Shown here: positions 9,959-18,862 of the stretch, piece by piece
Position numbering within the stretch: position 1 is the first letter of the stretch
Layout of the letters: each line of letters starts with the position of its first letter
Assembly (NCBI GenBank): GCA_044225365.1
Contig: JBGAIQ010000011.1
Span: 32,001 to 96,000 of the forward strand
DNA: 64,000 bases
Source of the DNA: Planctomycetota bacterium
GTDB taxonomy: Bacteria > Planctomycetota > B15-G4 > JADJEK01
Direction: 5' to 3'
Made by a program: the position numbers and the translations under genes
Notes under the pieces: generated by a model
What the model saw: the letters and a program-made list of their open reading frames with translations, nothing else
Databases searched by the model: none
What the model was told of the DNA's origin: nothing

Positions 9959-11458
9959 ATGAATCCTCGTCGTTACTTCACATTCGCGCTCGCGATCCCA
10001 TTTATCGCTGCATTGATCACGGTCGTCGCGATTCGAGTCTACTGGGGATATTGGATTACGCCGCCGTCGATCGATCGGATCCTCGGTCCGGTGGCGTCGA
10101 TCGATCGGTTCACGAAGGTTTATCCCGACGACCTCGCGGCAAAGGTTGAAGACGCCCCGAACCCAATTCCGCTGCCCTGCTTCAAGAGCACTGAATTCGC
10201 TGCGGCGGGGATCGCCGCCTTCGAGCACCAAGGTTGGTCCAACGAGAGAGAAATCGGCTCGCTTCCGATGTGGAGGCTGACGGAAGGCCTCCGCGACCGT
10301 GGACTGAGTCCAACGGACGCGACTCCGATCTCTTCGAATTTGGCTCTCGCGGTCCGGACCGAGCTCGAGGCCAAGGGGCTCTTCCCCGACCGACTGCCGG
10401 AAATATTCTACCCCTCGGGCCCTTCGCTCCTGCTCGCCACCGGACGCGATCGCGCGAATCACGAGATCGTGCTCGCCGCGTTCGTCGGCGGTGAGATCCG
10501 GCACGATACGTATCCTTACTATGAAGCGCGCTTCCGCGTCGTCGACGCGGATCACGTCGCCCTCGAAGCGAGCAACCGTTTCCGCTTCGACCACGCGGGG
10601 CTCGAAGGCGGCCTGCACTGGATCCTCGCGATCGGCAGCGCGCTGATCCTGTTCGGACTCTGGGCGCTGGGCGGGCTCGTTCTCTCGGTGCGATTCGTAT
10701 GGACCTTCTTCCGCCGCGCCGGCGTCGTAATCGCCGTGACCTGCCTGGCGTTCTTCCTCGGGGCGCGGTCCTATCGTGGCTACTTCTGGCCACCGCAGGT
10801 CGAAGGCGTTTTCGGCTCGATGACGTCACTCGATCGATTCACGACTTTCTTCGAATTCCCGCCGCAGAGCGGCTGGAGCGGCGTCGAGATCATTCCCAAC
10901 GACGAATCTCGACTCTCTGGCGGTTCCTACGTCAGCTCGGGATCGTTGGCCCTGCAATGTGCGGCGAGGGATCGGTCGTCAGAAATGGGTTCGTGCCCGA
11001 TGTGGCGGATTCCAGCTGCGCTCGAAGAGCGTGGCCTGACGCCCAAAGGCTCGAATCCGATCGACCCTCTATTGCTTCGATCCGCGCTCATCGAGCTCGA
11101 ACGGGCCGATGCCTGGCCAAATTCGTTTCTCTACTCGGAGGGACCGACACTCCACGCTGCGCTCGGCCGCGACTCCTCCGGCTCCGAGATCCTCCTCCTA
11201 GCGAAGGCGGGCGATCATCAGTGGAACGCTCGCTACCGATACGTCGAGGCGCGCTTTCGGCGAACCGCCCCAGAGCGCGTATCGCTCGAGACCTTCGAGT
11301 CCTTCTGGTTCGATCACGAACGCGGCGACCGCGATCCCGCCGAACCCTGGGGAACCGGGATCATCTTCGGAGGGATCGCTCTCGTCGTCAGCGGGCTGAT
11401 CGTGTTCTTCTACACAATAGATCCGATCGTCTGGGGCGGGCGACGAGCGGTCGCGTGA
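9959..11458 (+). CDS. Hypothetical membrane protein built from two tandem homologous domains
   Basis: 499-aa ORF with transmembrane segments and a visible internal duplication. Confidence 0.7.
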   Translation: MNPRRYFTFALAIPFIAALITVVAIRVYWGYWITPPSIDRILGPVASIDRFTKVYPDDLAAKVEDAPNPIPLPCFKSTEFAAAGIAAFEHQGWSNEREIGSLPMWRLTEGLRDRGLSPTDATPISSNLALAVRTELEAKGLFPDRLPEIFYPSGPSLLLATGRDRANHEIVLAAFVGGEIRHDTYPYYEARFRVVDADHVALEASNRFRFDHAGLEGGLHWILAIGSALILFGLWALGGLVLSVRFVWTFFRRAGVVIAVTCLAFFLGARSYRGYFWPPQVEGVFGSMTSLDRFTTFFEFPPQSGWSGVEIIPNDESRLSGGSYVSSGSLALQCAARDRSSEMGSCPMWRIPAALEERGLTPKGSNPIDPLLLRSALIELERADAWPNSFLYSEGPTLHAALGRDSSGSEILLLAKAGDHQWNARYRYVEARFRRTAPERVSLETFESFWFDHERGDRDPAEPWGTGIIFGGIALVVSGLIVFFYTIDPIVWGGRRAVA

Positions 11459-11728
11459 GTGCCGCGCGTGGCGAGTGTAAGATTGCATCACCCTGGCGGA
11501 TTCGTAGGGCGTTGAACTCGAGCCATCGCCGGATCATCGTTCTACGGCTCACCGGACGAGCGCGGGTTCGCCCCGATCTGTCGAGAACTCGTCGCGGAAA
11601 CGGCAGAATGTCGTGGCGCGCAGCAGCGCGGAAGATTAGGTCAGGAGACCCTAAGAATGCAGACTGTCGTGGCGCGCAGCAGGGCCAGCCACTCCTCATG
11701 CTATCAGCACGCGGCACAACGCGTAGAA

Positions 11729-12175
11729 TTAGTCAAATCGCCAATCTCCAGTTATCCTGTACGATCTCGCACCAGCGGAAAGTTCTTCGTCGTAGACGAA
11801 TCCGCGCCTCTCCAACTCGCTTTTGAATAGAGTCAAGGCCTTCAACGCCGCACTAAATTCTGCGCGCTCATCTCCTTGACGAAAAGTAACCGTCGTCTCC
11901 TCGAGAGTGTGCATCGATATTATCTGAGATGACTTATTCCCGTTGACGTACCCTGCGCGCAATGCATAATCTCCTCCTCCCATCAGGATTGGTTTATCGA
12001 CCCTGGCTGACAGCTTCTCCGCTACGGCTCGCAGGGCGTCATCCGCCGCCGCTCGCTGATCTAGCCGCTGCTCCGCTGTCCCTGGAGCGAATATTACGTT
12101 CTTGACGCGGCCGTACTCCCATGCGCATCCAGTTAGCGCAACGGAAAGAAGGCCTATGACAATTCTGCGAATCAT
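11729..12175 (-). CDS. Hypothetical lipoprotein in an AT-richer patch
   Basis: MIRRIVIGLLSVALTG-C lipobox; GGAG RBS; codon usage unlike its neighbours. Confidence 0.7.
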   Translation of the reverse strand: MIRRIVIGLLSVALTGCAWEYGRVKNVIFAPGTAEQRLDQRAAADDALRAVAEKLSARVDKPILMGGGDYALRAGYVNGNKSSQIISMHTLEETTVTFRQGDERAEFSAALKALTLFKSELERRGFVYDEELSAGARSYRITGDWRFD

Positions 12176-12343
12176 GGACTTGTGCTCCCATGGGCTTTCG
12201 GGCTCTTGAACTCGCTATCAGCGAGGCCGTCGATTCCGAATGGCGCTGTCTCAAAGACGGCGTACGCAGTGGATATTGGGCCGGCCCATTGATGAGGGAC
12301 GACGTGGAATAGGCCGCGTCAGGAAACCGAGGCAGGACGGCGT

Positions 12344-13645
12344 TCATGGTTCGCGTTTCGATTTGTAGTACTGCATCCGCTTGAGGATCTCGCGTTCGAA
12401 GCCGATCTCCTTCGGATCGTAGAAGACGCGATCCCGAATCGCATCCGGCATGAATTGGATCTTGTATCCCGCCTCGCTCTCGTGGGGCGTGACGTAGCCC
12501 TTGCCGTAACCCATTCCCTTCATCATCCCCGTCGGCGCGTTGCGGATCTCGAGCGGGACGGGCAATGTGCCGCTCGAGGCGATCTCCGCGACCGCTTCGT
12601 TGTAAGCGCGGTAGACCCGATCGGATTTGGGAGCCGTCGCGAGATAGACAGCAGCTTCGACCAGCGCGAGCACGCCTTCCGGCATACCTAGGAAGTCCAC
12701 GGCCTCGCGCGCGGCGATCGTCACCGACAAGGCTTGCGGGTCCGCCGCGCCGATATCCTCGCTCGCGATCCGGACGAGCCGCCGCGCGATGTAGAGCGGG
12801 TCTTCGCCGCCTTCGAGCATGCGGACGAGCCAATACACCGAGGCCTGGACGTCGCTGCCGCGGATCGACTTGTGCAGCGCCGAGATGACGTTGTAATGTT
12901 CCTCGCCGGTCGCGTCGTAGCGCGGCGCTTTGCGCGCGAGGATCTTGGATACGAGAGCGAGATCCGCGCCCGGGCTCCCTTGCTGCTCGCAGCCGATCGC
13001 GACCCATTCGAGATCGGTGAGCAACGCGCGCGCGTCGCCGTCGGCCCGATCGACGAGCCATTGCTTCGCCTCGGGCTCGAGGACCAGTTCCAACGAGCCG
13101 AGCCCGCGCTCCTTGTCGAGCATGGCTCGATCGAGCAACTTCATCAGGTCGCTGCGCTCGATCGGCTTCAGCGGCAGGACGCGGCATCGCGATAGCAACG
13201 CCGAATTGAGTTCGAACGACGGGTTCTCGGTCGTGGCGCCGATGAGGATGAGCGTTCCATCCTCGACGGGCCCGAGGAATGCATCCTGCTGCGCCTTGTT
13301 GAAGCGATGGATCTCGTCGACGAAGAGCAACGTTGCGCCGCGCCCCGCAGCGACGTTCTCGCGGGCCTTCTCCACGATCTCCTTGATGTCCTTCACCCCC
13401 GAGGTGACGGCGCTGATGGCGACGGGCTCGCGCTTCAACGTGGCGCCGATGATCCGGGCGATCGTCGTCTTGCCGCAGCCGGGCGGGCCCCACAGGATCA
13501 GCGAAGGCGGCCGCGCGCTCTTCAGCAACGCGGGCAGGACGCCGCCCGCGCCGAGCACTTCCTCCTGCCCCACCATCTCGGCGAGGTCCGTTGGGCGCAT
13601 CCGCTCCGCGAGCGGCGGTCGTTCGTTCGGAGCGGATGCGTTCAA
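12344..13645 (-). CDS. rarA: Replication-associated recombination protein A (AAA+ ATPase, RarA/MgsA)
   Basis: PLAERMRP, GPPGCGKTT, DEIHRFNKAQQD, GATTENPSF, SALHKSIRGSD and ASEDIG motifs. Confidence 0.95.
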   Translation of the reverse strand: MNASAPNERPPLAERMRPTDLAEMVGQEEVLGAGGVLPALLKSARPPSLILWGPPGCGKTTIARIIGATLKREPVAISAVTSGVKDIKEIVEKARENVAAGRGATLLFVDEIHRFNKAQQDAFLGPVEDGTLILIGATTENPSFELNSALLSRCRVLPLKPIERSDLMKLLDRAMLDKERGLGSLELVLEPEAKQWLVDRADGDARALLTDLEWVAIGCEQQGSPGADLALVSKILARKAPRYDATGEEHYNVISALHKSIRGSDVQASVYWLVRMLEGGEDPLYIARRLVRIASEDIGAADPQALSVTIAAREAVDFLGMPEGVLALVEAAVYLATAPKSDRVYRAYNEAVAEIASSGTLPVPLEIRNAPTGMMKGMGYGKGYVTPHESEAGYKIQFMPDAIRDRVFYDPKEIGFEREILKRMQYYKSKREP

Positions 13646-13655
13646 GAGGTCTGCC

Positions 13656-14000
13656 TCAGTGGCCGGTCACGATGGTCTCGTACTTGGCGTAGAGACCGAA
13701 GAGGATGATGTCGATGGTGCAGTCGACTTGTTCGACGACGTCGATGCGGGCCTTCTGCGCCGCAGAGGTCACGGTCGCATCGCCCCACGCGAACAGTCCG
13801 AACATGCTGTACGACGCGGAGCGGCCCTCGCGCCCGCCCATCTGGGTCTGATCGAAGGTCGTGTCGACGGGAACTCCAATGTTGGTGAATCCCGTGCCGA
13901 TCGGCGGCGGATTCAACACCGGACTGCGGATGTAGACGCACGCGCCGTTCGTGCCGAGCAGCGCCGCGAGGAGAGCGAATCGAAGAGTCTTGATCTTCAT
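13656..14000 (-). CDS. TRL-like family lipoprotein (copy 3)
   Basis: Lipobox NGA-C; FAWGDATVTSAAQKARI..V..VD..TIVTG pattern. Confidence 0.75.
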   Translation of the reverse strand: MKIKTLRFALLAALLGTNGACVYIRSPVLNPPPIGTGFTNIGVPVDTTFDQTQMGGREGRSASYSMFGLFAWGDATVTSAAQKARIDVVEQVDCTIDIILFGLYAKYETIVTGH

Positions 14001-14009
14001 GGTGGCGCC

Positions 14010-14387
14010 TCAGGTTCCGTACACACGAATGGTCGTGATGGAGAAGATCCCGAGGATCTGCATGAACTCGTAATCCGCGTACGAGACCTTGCTGATGTTG
14101 CTCTCTCGCGCGATCCGAGCGATCGTCGCGTCGTCCCAAGCGAAGCTGAGACCCGTGAACAGGAAATCACGGAAGTAGTGAACGCTGCGCTCCTGCGCCA
14201 TGTGGACGCTGCTCGGGCCCGTGAGGTTCCCGTTGACGTTCGTGGTGAGCGGAGCGCGGAAGGACGTGAAGAAGAACCCACGCGGCGGAATGACGGCTCC
14301 GCCCGTGTTGTCGCGCGGCTCGGAGGCACAGCCCGCGAGCGTCGCGAGCAGCAACCCACCGAGGAGCGTCAGTGATCGGGATGTCAT
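14010..14387 (-). CDS. TRL-like family lipoprotein (copy 2)
   Basis: Lipobox LAG-C; FAWDDATIARIARESNISKVSYADY..TIRVYG pattern. Confidence 0.75.
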   Translation of the reverse strand: MTSRSLTLLGGLLLATLAGCASEPRDNTGGAVIPPRGFFFTSFRAPLTTNVNGNLTGPSSVHMAQERSVHYFRDFLFTGLSFAWDDATIARIARESNISKVSYADYEFMQILGIFSITTIRVYGT

Positions 14388-14401
14388 GGTCCCATCCCTC
14401 G

Positions 14402-14734
14402 TCAATTGCCGTACGCCCGCACCGTGAAGCGCTCGTACATGAACATGATGTTCAACGCTTGATAGTCCGCGTGCTCGATCGTCTGCAGATTCCCGTTCCG
14501 CGCCGCGGAGTCGAGGGAGCAGTCACCGAACGCGAACATGTTGAGGAAGAACGCGCTGGAACTCGCTTCTCCCATCTTCGAACAAACGGGTGTCTTGTTG
14601 GCGTCGATGTCGAGCGGAGCCGACACCGACGTGAACATGAGTCCCTGAGGCGGCATCACCGGTGCCTGGTAGAAGATGCAACCGGTTCCCGAAAACGCCA
14701 GGACGGCACAAGCAGCCAATGCGCGCAAACTCAT
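14402..14734 (-). CDS. TRL-like family lipoprotein (copy 1)
   Basis: Last 110 aa of the 793-aa track ORF; lipobox GTG-C; FAFGDCSLDSAARNGNLQTIEHADY..TVRAYG pattern. Confidence 0.78.
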   Translation of the reverse strand: MSLRALAACAVLAFSGTGCIFYQAPVMPPQGLMFTSVSAPLDIDANKTPVCSKMGEASSSAFFLNMFAFGDCSLDSAARNGNLQTIEHADYQALNIMFMYERFTVRAYGN

Positions 14735-15067
14735 TCGATCCTTCTTTCTATTCGTCGTTCTTGAAACACCTACGACGACCGACGCAAACCCCGCGTCGGC
14801 CCTCTTGCCCGAGCATTCTTTCTGCCTTGAGAACGAATGCAACGATTCCGCAGTCATTTCACAGGCCGGATCGCGATGCGAAACCCGGGCCTCGCGGTTT
14901 GCGCTGAATTCGACCCCTTCTGATTCCGATCCTATTCCAGCGGTCGCCTGCCCGGGTGGATCGCCTGGACCATCGCCATCTCGCGATATCTTCGCCTCTG
15001 CGGCTTCCTGCTCTTCGCTTGTCCGGCCTTCGCGGCGAACGAAGTCTCGCTGCCCGCGCGCTTCGAC

Positions 15068-18000
15068 TTGAAGCCCGCCGTGGCCGGCTACAAGGCCGGC
15101 TACACCGGCGTCGACTCGTCGCAGACGTTTACGAGCGGGACCGGCTACGGCTTCGAGTCGCCCGCAACGGATTCGCGCTACGGCGGGCATCCGTGCGACG
15201 ACGTCGTCGACCGCGACGATCCCGAGCGCGACCTGTTGCGCGGTTGCGTGCGGGTCGCGAACGGCACGCGCTTCTCGGTGCGACTGCCGCCGCTCACGAA
15301 GGTCCGTGTCCGCGTCGTACTGTCGAGCGTTCCGTTCTGGTACTCGCCGGGAACGACGCATTATCAAATCTCGCCGTCGCGGATCGACGACCTCTCCATC
15401 TCCATCACCAAGGGCAGTTCGAGTGCGGCGATCGTCGCGGGCAACATCGATCTGCGGACCGCGTGGCAGAAGGGGTCGCTCGACACCGAGATCGGCTCGT
15501 ATCGCAAGGTCTGGTTCACGGGCACGAGCGGCAATGACGGCGTACTGCGCATCGGGTTCTTCGGTCCCTCCGGCGTCCTCATCCCGATCGCCGCCGTCGA
15601 GGTGTATCCGTTCGAGGCCGCGCCGCTCGTCTATCACCGTCAGGGATCGGTCTGGCTCGCGAGCCCCACCGGCGCGAACGTCCCCGGCCTCGCGTCGTTC
15701 CACGCGCATGACTACGCCGCCGCTCGCGCTGCATTCGCGACGATCGGCGATCCCTTGTTGCGCGCCTACGCCTTCGCCTTCATGGGCGGCTGGCTCGATG
15801 GAACGAGCGACGATCCCGGCGCCGACCTCCTCGCCTGCGAATCCGCGCTCGACGATCCCTCGCTCGCGACCGATCCGCGCGCCATCGAACTGCGCGACGA
15901 ACTCTCCGACTTCACCTGCGCCGAGAAGCACTATCGACTGCGGGGCTTCTCCTGGTCGTATCCGATGCCGCCGGAAGGCGAGGGTTGGTTCAACAGCACC
16001 GACCCGAACGTCTTGCTGTGCGCGTCGTCGACCGCGAAGTCCGCGGAGAAGCATTACTATCTGGCCGAGGCGATCTACGCGCAGGCTTGCGGACATACGA
16101 TCGATCCGATCGTCGCGGAGAATGCGGGCACGCACACCGATGGCGAGTTCGAGCCCTCGCCCTTCGCATTCCGATCCCTCGAGCGCATCAGTGCGATCCA
16201 TCTCGGCCTGAACGCCACGCACGGTTACATCTCGGGCGGCGCCGCGCAGGCGGGCAAGCTCGCGGCGCTCGATCTCGCCGAAGCGATCCTTCGCGCATTC
16301 GATACAGGAAGTTTCCTGTCGAAGGAGTTCGCCGGCAACTCGGGACTCGCGTCGCTCGCGTATTCGGCCCGACCCGAAGTGCACCATCACAGTGAGAACG
16401 GTGGCCTCTTCACGAACTGGGACGGCACGGATATCTCGATGACGGCCTTCGACCCCTCGAAGGCTTGGTGGAAGAATTCGATCCTCGCGCAGGATCCGGA
16501 CCCGAGCGTGCCGCCGTGGGCCGATCTCGAGCGACGCTATCTCTCGCTCTTTCGCGCCGGTGTGAAATGGTGGGTGCTCACTGCTGCGAAGAACCACGAA
16601 TATGGCGGCGGATTCGGCGACGACCCGGAACTCGCTGGCCTGCTCGTCCTTCCCTATGCCGCGATCGAACATCCGTCGGATCAGGCGATTCGTGATGAAC
16701 TCGTGGCGGCCGGTCAGAAGACTCTGAATTCGAGCTGGGTCGGAAATGGTTATTACGACGACGTCGCGATCGACGTGGAACACTCCGCGGAATTCACGAC
16801 GTATCCCCTGCTCACCAGCCTCTCACTGAAACCGAAGGAGCCGGCGTTGATGCAGCGGTGCCTCGACGTCGCGCGCCATCTGGCGGCGCCGCCCTCGGGA
16901 TCGCAGCCGTGGACGGTCGTCGACGCTCAGGGAAGGCGATTCTTCGCTTCCTACATCTTCAACTCCGCGGGCCCGGTCGACCTCACGGATCCGAACGCCG
17001 CGCCGTTCGGGATCGATGTCCCGCTCGACTGCAAGGCACTCGTGCCCTCGCTCCTGTTCCTCGGCCAGATGAAGAATCCGACTCTCCAGTCCGACCTCTT
17101 CGATTGGCTGAAATCGTGGCGCGACGAGGCGATCGCGCCCGCCGCGCCGCTTCCGAAGGGCTTGGTTCCTGCGGGCATTCGCGCCCTCGACCATTCATAC
17201 GGCACGAACGGCCATTGGTGGGAAGTCCCGGTCGCCCCCAATTCCTACTGTTTCCCGGCGAACCTGTCGCAGATGGTCCAACTCTACGCCGGCTTCTTCG
17301 GCGACGCGCACGATCTCGACGACCAGACTCCTTATAAATGGCTCCTGCCCGCCCTTCGCCTCACGCAGGGCGTGCTCGGACTCGAAGCCGCGATCGCCGC
17401 CGGTCAGACGCCTTCCGACGTCGGCACCGTCGGCACCGCCAACTGGGCGCTCGATCAACTCCGCGCGTCGAGCAGCTTCTGGCAGCTCGCCGCGTGGTCG
17501 CGTCCCCGCTTCGCCACCGATTCATACCTGCGCACGACCGACGACCCCGAGGTCGGCGGCACGTCGCCCTACGTGAGCGATACGTTCCTCAGCACGCTCG
17601 ACGCCGCGCTCAGTGTCCACGACGTCGGTTATCCGACGCACCTCGCCGTGCCGCAAGGACCGATCGACGTCCAGGGCGGCCAATACGGTCGAAAGGGGAA
17701 GAACGGCCTCACGATGCAACTGACGCGCGGGACGAAGTGGCTCACGAACTACTTCCCGCTCGCGACGACATCGGTCCTCTACACCGATCGCGCGTTCCTG
17801 TTCAACCAGTCGTCGCACCAGACGCTCTACGGCATGCTCACGGGCGGCGACGTCGGACTCGCGGCGCCCAACAACGTGTGCACCTGGACGACGCCGGCGC
17901 CGGGAGACCCTCCGCTCGACGTGAGCATCCTCGTCAACGACCTTGCCACCGGCGCGGGCGGGACGAATCCGCGCTTGCGTGTCCTGCTCTTCAATTTCGA

Positions 18001-18748
18001 GAACGGGCAACGCAACGTCGGCATCCGCCTGTGGCATCGCCTGCCGTTCGGCCAGTACGCCCTGCGATACGGCGAGGCGCTCGCATCGACGGACTACTTC
18101 AAGAATGGCCAATACAACGAGAAGACGATCACCTTCGACCAACGCGGTGACGAATTCGACTTCCCGCTCGACGGCCGAAAGCTGACCCTCCTCGAGATCG
18201 AGCACATCGGTCCGGCGACGGCCGCTCCCGGCTTCGACCTCGCTCTATCGAACGCGCAATCACCGTTCTCGATGGACTCCGGTCCCGACTTCTTCACCGC
18301 GAATGCCGCCGCCTCGAACTTTGGCGACGCCAGCGTCCCCGCCGCCAACGTCGAAGCGCACGTCGTGGTGAAGCGCGCGACGGGCGAAGCGGTCGTCCTC
18401 GACAAATTGGGTACGACCGAACTCGTGCTTCCGCTCGACTCCGATTTCACGGGTGTCTCGGGGTTCAACGGTTACGACCTCCCGAGCGTCGCGCTCGAAC
18501 GAACTCTTCCTCTGCCGAAGGAAGCGCTCGCACTGCTTTCCTATGGCTGCCGGATCGAGATCACGTTCGTGAGCACACTCCCCGATACCGACGCCACGAA
18601 TGACTCCGTGAAGCTGACGTTCGACGCGTCGACGCTCTCCGGCCTCGACCCCACGATCACGCTGCCGAAGGCGCCGAAGAAGGCGGCGAAGCTCGAGAAG
18701 GCGCTGAAGAAGGCGGGCAAGGCCCTGGCGAAGGCCTGGGCGCCCTGA
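15068..18748 (+). CDS. Large (about 1,230-1,270 aa) probably secreted hypothetical protein, possibly carbohydrate-active
   Basis: Long ORF with coding-like codon bias; beta-rich N- and C-terminal parts around a Trp-rich helical core (EYGGGFGDDPE, DVEHSAE); a signal-like segment lies in frame upstream, so the true start is probably earlier. Confidence 0.75.
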   Translation: MKPAVAGYKAGYTGVDSSQTFTSGTGYGFESPATDSRYGGHPCDDVVDRDDPERDLLRGCVRVANGTRFSVRLPPLTKVRVRVVLSSVPFWYSPGTTHYQISPSRIDDLSISITKGSSSAAIVAGNIDLRTAWQKGSLDTEIGSYRKVWFTGTSGNDGVLRIGFFGPSGVLIPIAAVEVYPFEAAPLVYHRQGSVWLASPTGANVPGLASFHAHDYAAARAAFATIGDPLLRAYAFAFMGGWLDGTSDDPGADLLACESALDDPSLATDPRAIELRDELSDFTCAEKHYRLRGFSWSYPMPPEGEGWFNSTDPNVLLCASSTAKSAEKHYYLAEAIYAQACGHTIDPIVAENAGTHTDGEFEPSPFAFRSLERISAIHLGLNATHGYISGGAAQAGKLAALDLAEAILRAFDTGSFLSKEFAGNSGLASLAYSARPEVHHHSENGGLFTNWDGTDISMTAFDPSKAWWKNSILAQDPDPSVPPWADLERRYLSLFRAGVKWWVLTAAKNHEYGGGFGDDPELAGLLVLPYAAIEHPSDQAIRDELVAAGQKTLNSSWVGNGYYDDVAIDVEHSAEFTTYPLLTSLSLKPKEPALMQRCLDVARHLAAPPSGSQPWTVVDAQGRRFFASYIFNSAGPVDLTDPNAAPFGIDVPLDCKALVPSLLFLGQMKNPTLQSDLFDWLKSWRDEAIAPAAPLPKGLVPAGIRALDHSYGTNGHWWEVPVAPNSYCFPANLSQMVQLYAGFFGDAHDLDDQTPYKWLLPALRLTQGVLGLEAAIAAGQTPSDVGTVGTANWALDQLRASSSFWQLAAWSRPRFATDSYLRTTDDPEVGGTSPYVSDTFLSTLDAALSVHDVGYPTHLAVPQGPIDVQGGQYGRKGKNGLTMQLTRGTKWLTNYFPLATTSVLYTDRAFLFNQSSHQTLYGMLTGGDVGLAAPNNVCTWTTPAPGDPPLDVSILVNDLATGAGGTNPRLRVLLFNFENGQRNVGIRLWHRLPFGQYALRYGEALASTDYFKNGQYNEKTITFDQRGDEFDFPLDGRKLTLLEIEHIGPATAAPGFDLALSNAQSPFSMDSGPDFFTANAAASNFGDASVPAANVEAHVVVKRATGEAVVLDKLGTTELVLPLDSDFTGVSGFNGYDLPSVALERTLPLPKEALALLSYGCRIEITFVSTLPDTDATNDSVKLTFDASTLSGLDPTITLPKAPKKAAKLEKALKKAGKALAKAWAP

Positions 18749-18862
18749 TTCGAGTCCCCCGTCGGGCAGCTTCGCAAGATCGAGATCCGTCGTTATGATC
18801 GGCGCACTTCGTCGAAGACGCTTCGACCATCTCGACATCGATCGTTCCGGGAGGTTCCAGTC

